A DNA stretch of 64,000 bases from Haliotis rubra (taxonomy: Eukaryota). Position 1 is the stretch's first letter; each line of letters starts with the position of its first letter. The translations under genes were made by a program, and so were the position numbers. The notes under the pieces were generated by a model, which had not been told where the DNA came from, did not search any database, and saw nothing but the letters and a program-made list of their open reading frames with translations. The stretch spans positions 124,001-188,000 of the forward strand of contig NW_025767331.1 of assembly GCF_003918875.1 (NCBI RefSeq). The letters are read 5' to 3'. Below are positions 38,070-51,871 of the stretch, piece after piece.

Positions 38070-38427
38070 TATATTCACCAAAATATTTCATCAACACAAT
38101 CATGCTTAAAACAATATCTACAACCGTGGTTTCAACTCATTTCCTGTTTATTGTCTGAAATCATTTTCTTACTGTGCCATTACCTCCCTTACATACTGAT
38201 ATAATAAACGTCTTTCGACAGCAAAGAGCAGAGTAGCCTATTCAGGCCCAAACTAGGCCACGCCGCATTCCGTTGTGATAAACTGACACGTGTGCAGCTA
38301 TCAGAGCACGTAGGCACTGTTCCCTTTCATCATCACTGCGGTACAGTTCCAACCAATGCCATGTAGTTCTGGGTTTAATGAAACCAAAACTACTTACATA
38401 ATACTGGGGATTTAAGAACTACTGGGG

Positions 38428-38777
38428 ACCGCCTCCGTGGTGTAGTGGTTAGAGCGTCCGCCCGGAGAGCGGAAGGTCGCGGGTTCGATCCCCGGCCGCG
38501 TCATACCAAAAGACGTTAAAATATGCTACTTGTTGGTCCCTGCCTGGCATTAATGGGTACAACAAGGACTGGTCGGCTCGTGGTCAGTATAATGTGTCAG
38601 AGTGGGGTATTCATGCTTCACTGCGGCATGGTATCTCAGTGGGCTAGCACTATAAAACCAGCTGAAGTCTGGGCTAGAACAAGCAGTCGCACATACACAT
38701 ACACACGCATGCACGTCGTCATATGAGCGACATATTCTCAAGCACGACGTTAAACCCAATTTCACCTCACCTCACCT
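38428..38777 (+). mobile_element. SINE family A, full length
   Basis: Nearly identical to the 34215 copy. Confidence 0.9.
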
Positions 38778-39810
38778 AAGAAATGCGTTAAATATACAAG
38801 AAGATACTTTATGTTCAGTTTCCCATAAAACCATATTTCAGTTTCCGATAAGTCCAGTAGACTCTTCAGAAAACTATTGCAAATAGTAAATAAGAAAAAC
38901 GTATCGCAAAATGTTATAACAACACAGATATATTTAGAAGTGCATTAAAAAAGAAATATTGTTCGGTTCCAATTTTATGTACTTCACTATTGATACGCTC
39001 ATAATGCCGTTACCTCTCAGGTCTCCTGTACATTACTGTAATAATGTTAAAAACAAACTTTATGAATGCAGGTGTTTTGTTAAAGTAAACCTAAATAACC
39101 AACAATATAACGGCAATGTGTAATACAAATATTTATTGTCTTAAACAATTGTAGGCATCGTATGAAATACATGAATTTATTACCAACGTGGTCAACGTAT
39201 GGGTAGTTGCATACTAATCTCGTACGTCACACGAGTGTCGTATCGCGTTGACCTGTGTCGTAACGACTTGACCTGGTATTCTAACGATTTGATTGGATAA
39301 CCGATGACCTCTCAGTTAGGTCACCTTGTGACGGAACTACTTGTTCATTCATAACAAACACGTGAATTCATTCATTCTACAACTTAGATGCATTGTGGGA
39401 ATGTAAACATTGCGAACGTTGCCGTGTCGCTGTTTAATTGTGAGTCGAACTGAGACATTATATCCGTCGAAAAACATAAACGCAATGTTTCCACCAGTGA
39501 TGTTAGCCGAGTGAAGCAGTTGCAAACCAAGAAACGGGGTGCTACGGAGTAGTTTACTGTAGGAGGCTGTACGAGAGGCGATGACAACTGACATGCATCG
39601 TGACGTCGGTTACCAAGGGGACAGACGAGAATGGCGTAGTGACGTCAATACAGTGTGACGTCATGCAAAGTGTACTTCAGAACAAAATTCTTCCGCAACC
39701 TCTTTATGAAACCGGTTTCGGTTTGAAACCATAACAATAACAAAAATACGCTATTTTGTCAATTCAATGCATGTAAGACATGAGTAATAAATAAAATACC
39801 ACACTTGGTC

Positions 39811-39920
39811 TCATTACATACGAATTATACGAAACTCGTGACCTTCGTATGGTTTCTGACCTCGCGCGAGGTCAGATACCATACGAAGGTCACGAGTTTC
39901 GTATAATTCGTATGTAATGA
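39811..39920. repeat. 110-bp spacerless palindrome with one mismatch
   Basis: Centred on ctcgcgcgag (39865/39866). Confidence 0.95.
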
Positions 39921-40614
39921 TCTTTCGAGTGTAGTATTCTCTATGTCCTACACAATTACTCATTTTAAACCCGCATGTCCCAGACTATTAACTGAACAGA
40001 CAACGGAGTCATGGCCACGTTGGAATATCGTCCTAGGGCTATTATTAGGCACGTGGGAAGAACTTATGGATATATTAAGATTCCCCGAGCACATGGTGCG
40101 AACCAGTTCTAACCTGTATACTAATCTCTGTAGAATTGCGCCTGTTTCGCCACTCATTCGAAGAGCTGATGTTCGTTGCTGTGGCTGCCTTGGCTCTTCC
40201 TGTGGGTGTTTTGTACGAATTTGCCAGGTCAGAAGGCCAAATATGCACCTCTGTAGAGGCAAAAACACTTTCCATAATGATGAAAAGCTCTTATATAAAA
40301 GTCCATTGTTAGATTCCAGCTATATCAGTAGAAAGTATTTACGGGTTCGTATCACTAGGATATCAGGTGTACGCGAAAAGATTAGCGTATCCTGTCCGAA
40401 AGTGAGGCAGCAGCCGTGTACACGGACACGCACGCACGCACACACGCTAAGGCAAGTCGTTTTTCACACCTAAAACCGATAACAAAGGAAAAGGCCACAT
40501 GCTGCTACTTCCGCGATCAATAAACAAGTGGCGAGGGTTGTAAAATGTCTGGTCTCATGTGAAACTGGATGAGGAAATTTCCAATGCCAAAAGGCTAGAC
40601 AAGTGATCATGACC

Positions 40615-41330
40615 ATCTCATCCAGTAGGTATGACCCCATCATTCAGCAGGTGTGACCCAGTCACCCCGTCATCCAGTAGGTATGACCCCATCATCCAAT
40701 AGGTATGACCCCGTAATCCAGTAGGTATAACACCATTATCCCGTCATCCAGTAGGTATATGACCCCGTCATCCAGTAGGTATGACCCCATCATCCAATAG
40801 GTATGACCCCGTCATCCAGTAGGTATAACACCATCATCCCGTCATCCAGTAGGTATATGACCCCGTCATAGGTATGACCCCATCATCCAGTAGGTATATG
40901 ACCCCGTCATCCAGTAGGTATGACCCCATCATCCAGTAGGTATGACTTCGTCATTCAATAGGTATGACCCCATCATCCAGTAGGTATGACACCGTCATTC
41001 AATAAGTATGACCCCATCATCCCGTAGGTATGACACCATCATCCCGTCATCCAGTAGGTATGACCCAATCATCCAATAGGTATGACACCATTATCCAATA
41101 AGTATGACCCCATCATCCAATAAGTATGACACCATTATCCAATAGGTATGACCCCATCATCCAATAGGTATGACACCATTATCCAATAAGTATGACCCCA
41201 TCATCCAGTAGGTATGACCCCCATCATCCAGTAGGTATGACCCCCATCATCCAGTAGGTATGACCCCCATCATCCAGTAGATATGACCCCCATCATCCAG
41301 TAGGTATGACCCCGTTATTCAATAGGTATG
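40615..41330. repeat. About 22-bp minisatellite
   Basis: Unit catccagtaggtatgaccccat. Confidence 0.95.
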
Positions 41331-41448
41331 AGAATATTTCGCTCATATGACGACGTGCATGCGTGTGAATGTGTATGTGCGGCTGTTTGTACTAGCCCAG
41401 ACTGAAGCTGTGTTTATAGTGCTAGACCACTGAGATACCATGCCGCAG
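41330..41448 (-). mobile_element. SINE family A internal fragment fused to the Gypsy LTR
   Basis: Reverse complement of the SINE A body. Confidence 0.85.
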
Positions 41449-42281
41449 CTAATTAAACATCTGATTCTCAGTGAACCTAAATAAACAAAGTATTGCCTAA
41501 GTATACTGCTAGTATATACAGATATACATCATAAATGACATTAGCGAACACATAAATAGTTATCTTATTGACCCTAATACATACATCAATATGCATATAG
41601 AAACCAAACCATATAATAAACATGCATGATACACATTACTGTATCATGCCAATCATAAAATAGCTAATACGTATACTTATACATACTACATATGCATGGT
41701 ACAAATTACAGCATCATGGTAGTATAAAATACCCTACTGTTCGAATAAACTCACGGCAGTATACTAGAGTACTGGTACACAATACATCATATATTGGTCT
41801 AAAATACTAAGCATGCATATATTTATAGACAAACACCTTACATACACTAAATATGATAAAACACTATTCCTTAAAACATGTAATCTAATACACTAAATCC
41901 TAATAGCCCTACTATACATGTAATACTAAAAGATCTAACTTAACTTACCCCATAATGTGCTGGTGCTGTGCAGGTATTGTGGTCTCAAGGAGAAAATGTA
42001 TACTGCCACAAATGAAAGGCAGTAGAAGGCTTAAAATATGAAGAGAAGGAGAAATTTATGAAACAATAGGAACCTTGACAACAGGCCAATGCAGAGATTG
42101 AACCTGACACAGATCACTTAACCTTAACAATAGACCCCAAGCTAGCTTACCAGTGAGTTAGTTAAACAGTGCAAGTGTTAGTGTTAACACAGGCCAGTTT
42201 GGTAATGATAAAGTTTTATACCTAAGTTTAAAATAATGAAGCTTAACACATTAAAATGACATTTATTTACACACTGTTACA
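41446..42281 (-). repeat. Gypsy 3' LTR, truncated by about 376 bp
   Basis: Matches 54045-54881 with about 7 differences by eye; PPT gggagaggagaa is adjacent at 42282-42293. Confidence 0.95.
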
Positions 42282-42321
42282 TTCTCCTCTCCCAAGGAAA
42301 ATATCGTCTCGATATTTACAG

Positions 42322-45300
42322 TCAGTCCGTGGAGCCAGTCACAAGATCTAGCATGGCTCTGTATGCATCTTTCGGCAGGTTCTGCAGGAGTCCATCTTCT
42401 GCCAAGTTCTTCAAAAAAATAGCTCGCTGTTGCCAGTCATCTCCTACTGATGTTGTTGGAACTTGGCTCATACAATACTCTCCGCTGGTCTGCCAAGATG
42501 GAGGCTGATGCCGTCTTCCCAAACGTCTAGGCGGTGGAGTTGGTAGAACTCTCCCGGGACGTCGACGTGGGGAGATGTTCTGTTCCTCATGTTCTTCATG
42601 TTCCTCAATCACTGGTTGGGAACTTTCATCAGCTGTGGGCTCATCTCCTGTTCCCACCTCCTGAACCATGGTATCAGTGGAATCTTCTGATTCTTCTGGT
42701 CCATTGGGAACTTCATCTTCAGGCGGTGGATCAGCATCTGTTGGAACACTGGTCACTGAAGATTCTTTGGTGAGTTCAACAGGCTGCACCTTGACCTCAA
42801 TAGAATAGATCTCGGGCTTGCTGTCAGGCTCGGATAAGGTTGACTCATCAGGTTGCTCAGCAATCCGATCTTCCTTCTGTTTCTTCTCTGGTGGTGGAAC
42901 AGGTGGAACATCATTTGGCTTGTCCGGTGTGGGTAGTAGTGAGCCAACTGGCAGTAACAGATTCCTATGCAGTGTCCTGGAACGGCCTTGTCCATCTTCC
43001 CTCTGAACACAGTACACAGGGATTTCAGGATTGAGTTGATCCAGAACTACATAGACATCTTCCTCCCATTTGTCTGCCAGTTTGTGTTTCCCATCAAAAC
43101 CAAGCTGCTTCACTAAAACCCTGTCGCCAACACTGAGAGTAGCTCCTCTAACCTTGATGTCATACTTACCCTTTTGTCTGTTTCTTGCCTTGTCTGCTGC
43201 TGCTGTTGCCAACTTGTAGGAATCTGCCAGACGTTGTCGCAACTCCTTGATGTAGGCTGTTTTGGATTGCTGTCCAGCTGGGGCACCTATTCCAAAAGCT
43301 ACGTCAACAGGTAAGCGGGGTTGTCTTCCAAACATCAAGAAAAAGGGACTCTCCTTGGTGGAATCATGTCTAGTGGCGTTGTAAGTGTGGACCAATGGTG
43401 CTACATGGGACTTCCAATTGGTCTTCTGGGATGACTTCAGGGAACCGAGCATGCTGATAAGGGTGCGATTAAACCGTTCACACATCCCGTTCCCTTAGGG
43501 GTGATATGGTGTGGTTCTACTTTTCTCGATCCCTGCTAACTTGCACAATTCCTTGATCATGTTGCTTTCAAAGTTGGCTCCTTGATCTGAGTGTAACCTG
43601 AGAGGAAAACCATAGTTGACGAAGAAATTGTTGAATAGGACTTCTGGGGTGGTCTTAGCAGTCATGTTCCTTGTTGGGTAGGCCTGGGCATATCTCGTGA
43701 AGTGGTCCGTCAGAACAAGAATATGCTGGTATCCCCCTCTTGACATCTCCAAAGTCAGGAAGTCGATGCACACAAGCTCAAGCAGCTGGTAAGTGTCGAT
43801 GGATTCTAGTGGGGCTTTGCCTTCTGTTGTTGTTCTTCGGAGACATCTGTCACAGTTCTTTATCCACTTGTCCACATCTTTAGCCATCCCTGGCCAGTAG
43901 AATCTTTCCCTGCAGAGTGTAAGCGTCCTGTCTCTACCAAGATGGCCAATATCGTCATGAAGTCTACTGAGGGCTCTTTCGATGAAATCCTTCGGTAGCA
44001 CCAGCTGCTTCTTCTCTTCACCATCAGATGTTGTTATCCGGTAGAGAACTCCTTGTTGTAGCTGCAGGTGTTGTTATTCTCGGGCCAGACCTATGGGAAT
44101 GTCCTCTGGGATCTTTCCATGATGAAGGCTTGTGATGACTCTATATAACACTGGATCTCGATTCTGGGCCTTCCTCCAATCTCTCAGTGTCATACTGGTA
44201 AGATTTCCTCTGGGTCCGTCCTCTGGGTCTTCGATCACCTCTGCAGCGAGACATAAGCTCTCTATGTAGTTGTTGGCTTCACAAATACCGCAAATAGCCT
44301 TTACACTGCTGGCAGCAATCTTTTCAGTCTCCTGCTGTGGCAATCTTGAGAGGGCATCAGCATCAGCATTTTCCTTGCCTGGACGGTACTTGATGTCGAA
44401 GTTGAAGGAAGCCAGTGCAGCGAGCCATCTGTGTCCAGTAGCATCCAACTTGGCTGTCGTCAGGACATAGGTGAGAGGGTTAGTGTCTGTCAGGACGGAG
44501 AAGTTGTGTCCATAGAGATAATCGTAGAACTTCTCTGTGACAGCCCATTTCAAAGCCAGGAACTCCAGTTTATGCGCAGGATAGTTCTTTTCTGCCTTGT
44601 TAAGTCCTCGGCTTGCATAAGCAATGACCCTCTTGTGTCCATTCTGTACTTGGTAAAGCACTGCTCCTAGTCCTTGTGCGCTGGCATCTGTATGCAGTTC
44701 AAAGGGTAGGTCATAATCTGCATATCCGAGAACAGGTGGTGAGGACAGTATATCTTTCAGTTGTTGGAATGCTGCTGACTGTTCTTGACCCCAAGTCCAC
44801 TTTGTCTTTGGTTCTGTAGTCTTCTTGTATCGACCTTTCTTTTTCACTGTAGGAGGCAACAAATCAGATAGAGGGCGGGCAATACAAGAGAAGTTCTGGA
44901 CATACTTCCTGTAGTATCCAGCAAATCCAAGAAATTGACGCAGATCTTCAGGATTCTTTGGTGTTGGCCAGTTCACAATCTTCTCTATCTTGGCAGGATC
45001 GGTCTGGATTCCTTCAGCAGAGACAATGTGTCCAACAAACTTGGCCTGTTCTTGAAAGAAATTTACATTTCTTGGCAGCTAACTTCAACCCACTCTCCCT
45101 GAGGCGTTGAAAAATCCTCTCCAGACGACACAGATGCTCCTGAAACGAGTCAGAAAATACAATAAGGTCGTCCAGATAAATCATACATATTTCCAAGTGA
45201 AGTTCTCCCAGCATATGTTCCATCTGTCGTTGGTACGTAGCTGGTGCATTAACAAGTCCAAATGGCAAACGATTGAACTCATAAAACCCCAGTGGGCCGA

Positions 45301-46620
45301 CTGTGAATGCTGTTCTTGCCTTGTGGTCTTCCTCGACGTCAATCTGATGATATCCGGACTTCATATCCAGCACGGTGAAGAATTTGGAACCTGCAAGACG
45401 ATCAAAGATTTCTTCAACGCGAGGCAGAGCATAGGCATCTTTAATAGTTCGTCGATTTAATGATCTAAAGTCCACACACATCCTTAAAGATCCATTTTTC
45501 TTGCGAACAAGAACAACATTCGAGGCCCAGGGACTGTAAGAGCGTCTTATAATACCACAAGCTAAGAGTTGGTGTAAATGGTCTTTTACTTCCTGGAACA
45601 TAGATGGTGGTATGCGTCGGTGTCGCTCTTTAAATGGTGTGGTGTCTGTCAACTCTATTCTGTGTTTCACCTCGGTGTAGTGGCCAATGTCCAAGTCTCC
45701 GGTGGAAAATACATCACTGTACTGTAAGAATAGTTCTTCACCCCTCTTCTTTTGTTCCTCGGTGACTTTGGGAGATATCTTTACCTTGTCCAGTGGATGT
45801 TGTTTCTCTTCAGCAGCTACTTGCTCCAAGTCAATAGGGACTATCTTCTCTATCTGGACAGGCTGTATCTCACAAATGATGGCCCTAGGGGAGACAACCA
45901 TAGTCTGATTTGTGAGATTGGACACTTGCACGGGAACATCTATCATCCTCTTGTGTTGGTAGCGGAATAAAGCAGGGCCTATCTCCAGTCCAGGTGGTAT
46001 AGCAGACTTCTTACTTGGCTGGAGCATGACACATGTATCTCTATAGGGTAGCTGCTTGTATAGAGAGCACTTGACAGTCACAGTCCTGTTAGGTGGCACA
46101 ACTAACTTCGATGTTTCACAGCTCCTGATAAGTCCAAGTTTCACGAGCATTCCGTGAAAGTTCCTTATCTTGCAACACAATGCTCCTGAAAGCAAGATAC
46201 CAGGGTGTATGAATCTTGCTAACCTGGAGAAAGTTTGGTCCAGCTGCCTCCCTACAGCACTCAAGCACAGGTATAAGATAGTTTGTTCCCAGCAAAATAG
46301 GTACACTTTGGTTATACTGACTATCTGGGACAACCAAGAACAAACAAGTGGTCGCATGACCAGGTGACAAACCACAAGTTTCCATAGAAACTTCAACATA
46401 ACCCTGATATTTCAAACTCTCACCATCAGCACACTCAATATGGATAAAATCAGTGAGAGGCTTAATCTCTTGTGATGACAAACACTCTTTGTAGAAGCTC
46501 TCTGGGATGGTTGAAACGGAAGAACCTGTATCCAAAAGTGCTTTTTGTGAAACACCGTTGATGAACACAGTAGTCTCAGTTGCTGTCCCTATCAAACCAG
46601 CCGGTATGGGAGGACAAACT
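42322..46620 (-). pseudogene. pol: Gypsy pol (PR-RT-RH-IN) with several stops and frameshifts
   Basis: ORFs 46116-46760, 45014-46399, 44074-44976, 43495-44001 and 42322-43485. Confidence 0.95.
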
Positions 46621-47141
46621 TCAGTGGGGCTTTGTCTGAAGGATCCTAACGTCTGCCCCTTGACATTGGTCCTCTCCCATTTAAATGACCTCGCCTCAAA
46701 TGATCCACTCTGACCCGACACCCTAGTTGAATGTGACCGTATTGCCCACACCCATAACACTGAACTCCAGATTCCAATGCCGCATGCTCATAGTTCTGTG
46801 ACGAGTTCCCATGCTGAAGTTCCTGTGGGTGTGGTTGTGATTGGGGCATCTGTTGGGGTGGCATCTGGTTCATTGCTCCATGCGATCAATCTTTGCTGAT
46901 AGCTTGTTGATGACTCCCAAAAGATTAGAAACATCAGATGCAGGCTGAGATGGAGCAGACATCTTGGCTGGGACGGGTTTCTTCTGCAACTCTAGCTTCC
47001 TCTGTTCATGGTCATACTCCAGTCTTCGTATGGAAGCTCGCAGCTGATCAAAGTCCTGTATGACATCGAACTTGTGACCTGACGAGTCCTTAAGCTCTTG
47101 GCGTAATCCTGACCAAAACACAGTCCTAAGAACTGAAGTAG

Positions 47142-50100
47142 CCCAGCGGGCACACAACGTTGAATCAACGTTGAATCAACGTTGAATTTTGGTTGTTTGG
47201 TTGATCAACCTTTCATAAACGTTGATTCAACGTTTATCATGCGACCAAAGAAAGTTAGTCGAGATTCGTTTAGTTGTCAACGTTGTTTCAACGTAAGGAA
47301 CCAACATATTGTCAACTAATTGTTTCCTTGGCAAATTTGATACATAATTCATATTGGTAATAGGTATCCAACTTAGCAACTATCATTTCGGAACATTATT
47401 TTCATAAAAGATCAAGATCGAGCTAGTGACAGATATAATCTTATATATTATTTGATTGTGCATCGATCAACGGACGGAAATATTACGTAAATCGCAGTTT
47501 TAGGTATAAAGTCATCAGTTATCCAAATTGCATTACATTTGATATTTTCCCATAAAACTGAAAATTGTATAATTCCCGACAATTTGCTTTCAAACACAAG
47601 CCAGATGTTGACCTTTCGATCGCCTCGTTTGGCCATATCCGGACATGCGCACAATTATCGCGTGCGCAAAGGCAGCTGATCGTTGTCAGTTCACTTTGGC
47701 GAAGTTCAACTCAATATCGTTCTATTTTCACCATCTTCACGGCATGCTGGTGTTTATTTGGTAAGTATGTCCTTCATGTATAATGAAAACGTAGGAATGC
47801 CGTTTAAATCTAGCAGTAGCAAGAAACTCCGAATTAGGGCTCATGTTTTATCTCACAAGGTTACCGGTATGTCACAGTACATGTTTCTCAAAATTTAGTG
47901 GAAGCCCGTGTTTTCCATGAACTTGTTTTGTTATTTTTCAATATATTTGCATGCATATATTTGGCATTTTATTATATAATCGAATAAGATTTCCTTTCGT
48001 ACCTATCACCTGATTTGAATTTTGCAAATATACATTTTCAAATAATCAATGAAGTACATCAATATAAGGAACCGTTCATAATTAAATATGGGGGTTGGGG
48101 GTGATGATTGTAAGGGTTGGAGGTGGGGAGGGTGGGGTGGGGTGGGGGGGTGGGGTGTCACCCATTTTGATCAGGGGAGCTAAAGGGGTCAGCATTTTTG
48201 TACACACGCACTATGTTTAGAAATTATGGGAAGGGGAGAGGGCGTCATAGATAATGTACATGACATGCAGGGTGGGCCGTCTCTTATTCTGTACATACTC
48301 ATACACTTTAGGGTGTGTGTGTGTGTGTGTGTGTGTAATTCACATTGTACATAAAAATCAACATCACCCCAAAGCCATACATTATGAACGATCCCTAAGG
48401 GCGGCTATACAAAATCGGATAGGATTAATCAACATTTTATATTGCATCCCATTATTATGAACATTTGTTCGTTTGAATAGATCTATCAGTAAATGATGCA
48501 TTGAGCACGCCCTGAACCCTGTCAACATATGTATATTATTGGGGGGAGGGGGTGGTGGAGAATGGCGTAAGGAAATGCAACGAAAATTTTCACTTTAAAA
48601 TGTCTTGTGAAAGTCTTTGAAGGATGAAATTGTATATAATTTATTTGAACTTTTATTTATTTACAAAAAGTGTAACTTCACTAATGATTCTTTGATGGGA
48701 CAATTAACAAAACTGCACCCACAGACTTTCATTCTTACACTTGTTTGGAAGGGATATGATAATTCATGTCTCGTAAAGGTTAAAATCTTACATACAAAAG
48801 AAGTAATTTTAATGTAAGGAACATTTAATTATGAAATAAGATTATTTTAATGTAATTTGCAGAAATCTCATCTTCGAAGACTGGGTGGCAGCAATTTTGT
48901 GGATCACATAAAAGGAGCAAGGCTAAGGTAACACGTTTTTAACATTTCACTTGTTTCCAGTATATCCACCACAAAGTTTAAGAGAAAGATGATAATGCTC
49001 TTTCATTACCACCTGTTTTGAATATTTGTGATAATGTTTGGTCTTTTTTGGTGATAAAAGTTGGTCTTTATTTTCATTTATATATTAAGGTTGATCATTT
49101 AAGAGAAAAAATTGACAATGATTTCTCCCGGAGATGTTTAGTTTAATGAACACTCCCTTGCTTGGCGCCATATTGTTTTTCGCCGTAAACAGCTGGATGC
49201 AAGATAGCACGCGAGAGGACAGAAGTCATACATTTATAGATATATAGAGATGTTTATTGCTGGGAAACACACTCTTCAGGTATTTGGTCAGCTGTAGAAT
49301 TTGAATATGATGTTTTTTTATTATTGTCAAAGGGTAGGTTTTTCATTATTTGCTATCTAATATGTGTGCAGTGAAACATACTGAGATTTTGAAGAGTCCA
49401 TTATTTAAAGTACAGGTGTTGTTAGATATCAGCATTTTATGTACATGTTCCCTTGTTAAGATCATCTATCGAGTATATTAGAGAGAAGGTGTATATTTGT
49501 AGTGTTTTAAATCAGAGTTATTTTCAGTGTATGACCTACATTTCAATATGTTTTGGCCACCTGTCACCCCTTTGGTCAAATAGAGTAGGACTTCCATTTC
49601 TTGGAATTGAGAGTCAGAGATGCACTGTTTCCAAGAATTTGCGCGTGCCAGCGATGTTTGTTTACGAGTACATTTAAGTCTTTTTGAGTGTAGATTGGAG
49701 TTGTAAGAGATGTTATTCAATGTCTTATTATTCAGGGTATGATAGATTATTTCTGGCAATGTAGAGTTTAATCTCATTATTTTATTGTTCATGATTCAGA
49801 GAAGCATAGTTATGACGTCGCAGATAATACGCACACATAATTCATTTTATGAGAGATTTTCTAAGCGTTCCTATAAGAGATTAAGTGTAAACATTTATGA
49901 ATTATAAAAAGTTATTTATCTGAGTTTTATGAGTGTACAAATGACAGAGAGAGAGTAGATAATAGAGAATATATTGCATACTTATGAGAGCTCATTATTG
50001 TTTTCAGAACTCCATGATCCATACTTCCTTGTGTTTGGGAACAAATGGTGTTGGGAGACCTCCACAATAGACTTGTTCTTTGACCTGTGAACCACCACCC

Positions 50101-51871
50101 ATTTTGTTTTCTTATCATTTAATGTAAAATGTCTTTTGTTACAATTTATGACTCCTGTTAGCAAAATTGCTACATCAGTTCAACTCCTATTAATTTGAAA
50201 TAATCATTTCCGAGAATCTCTAAAGAAAACTAAATCTGGCAGAATAACAACAATCTTCCATTGTTTTGCAGGACAATGTCAAACAATTTGATGTCAAGAA
50301 TGAATGTTGATGGGCAAAACGGCAAGTTTTCTTTTAAGAATACAAGGTTGTATTCAATCATCTCTGGTAAGTTAATTACCAAGTGCAGCATTTTCGTCAT
50401 GACCATAGCAAATAATATATGACAGTAAAGCATCTTCTAATTCATCCTATCGGTAATTCATAGTCTAATTAAATAATCAACTTGCAATTGAGGATTTTCT
50501 TTGAAAATGTTTAAGAAAACTTCCATTCCTTAGGTTGAAAATATAAATTGTTTACACTTTTCGGTCATATTTTGTATTGATGCTGTTCATATGTTCACAT
50601 GCCAAGTTACAGCAGTGAAATGAACCTTTCAAGTGATTGATTAAACAAATACTTGAATCATTTAAGACAATATATCTTCCATATAACTTATTCATGTATT
50701 TAAATATAAAATTTCAGAATGTGTCCTATCTCAAGGGAATGAGATGGGAATGCATCGAAGCAAATTTCAAGAAAGAGTTAGGAACGTTTCTGAAGTATCC
50801 ACCTGACCGCCAGGCAGAGTGGCAAAACGAAGAGGAGCTGATAATTGTGTTTTTGGAGTTGTAACTGTGTCGAAAAATCTGAACTGTGGTATTGAAATTG
50901 GTGGCGTAAATGTCACTTTGATGCTATATGCAGATGATATTGTGTTATTAGCACAACAGAGATCACCTACAGACTATGTCATGTGTGATGTTTTACATTA
51001 TGCATTAAACCACGTTTTCTGTGTGCGTGTGTGTTCATAAAGATTTCATGAAAAGAGACTTGTTTTATGTGCTGTCTTCAGGTATAGTTCCTGGTCATCT
51101 TGGATCCCTTTCATGGTGAAAGTAATTGCATTGTGTTTATTCAGGGGTCTGTATTAGAGCTGAAATTCAGACAAAATGTCTTCTCGGGACAATTTTCACC
51201 TTTTCAAGGTAACAATACAACAGTAAATAGTTTTTCTTAATTTGGAATACTCTTTTCTTCTTACTGGAATTATACGTCCAACTGACATAAAACTTAAATG
51301 AACATTATATTGAATGTGGAATTTGAACCAAGTATTTTATCAGGTAAATATTTTTACTGCAATTTTCTGTTTGAACACTGTTAATTGCAGGTAGCTTTTT
51401 GGGTATTTTAGCTGGATGCAGGAGTTTGGTGCTACTTTATTGTAGTTTAAAGATGAAGTGCGAGTCTATTTACAGGAAAGCGTAATACCTCCCAGACACA
51501 ACCACGGAACAACCCATTTTCAACGTTAATAATATGTCAGACTTCAACATTGATTCCACGTCGGATATCTACGTCAAAAAAACTTTCATATACAACCTAT
51601 TTTCAATCTATTTTCAACGTTGAGGATCAACCTATTCTCAACGTTGATAATCGGTCAAACTTCAACGTTGATTCCAAGTCGGATATCTACGTCAAAAAAA
51701 CTTTCATATACAACCTATTTTCAATCTATTTTCAACGTTGATAATCGGTCAAACTTCAACGTTGATTCCACGTCGGATATCTACGTCAAAAAACTTTCAT
51801 ATACAACCTATTTTCAACGTTGAGGATCAACCTATTCTCAACGTTGAAACAACGTTGATGTGCCTGCTGGG
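47142..51871. mobile_element. EnSpm/CACTA(CMC)-type DNA transposon, non-autonomous derivative
   Basis: TIRs cccagcgggcaca.caacgttg / caacgttgatgtgcctgctggg, 2-bp TSD AG (47140-47141, 51872-51873), subterminal arrays of the palindrome caacgttg. Confidence 0.85.
50870..50960 (+). mobile_element. Short LINE RT fragment inside the EnSpm-type element
   Basis: NLNCGIEIGGVNVTLMLYADDIVLLA. Confidence 0.75.

Noticed and set aside
39943-40473. 176-aa ORF as a host gene
   Set aside because: No recognisable domain or exon structure; likely a chance ORF.
11205-41330. Regular arrays (37, 44, 25, 40 and 22 bp) as CRISPR arrays
   Set aside because: They are head-to-tail units with no unique spacers, there are no cas genes, and the context is eukaryotic.
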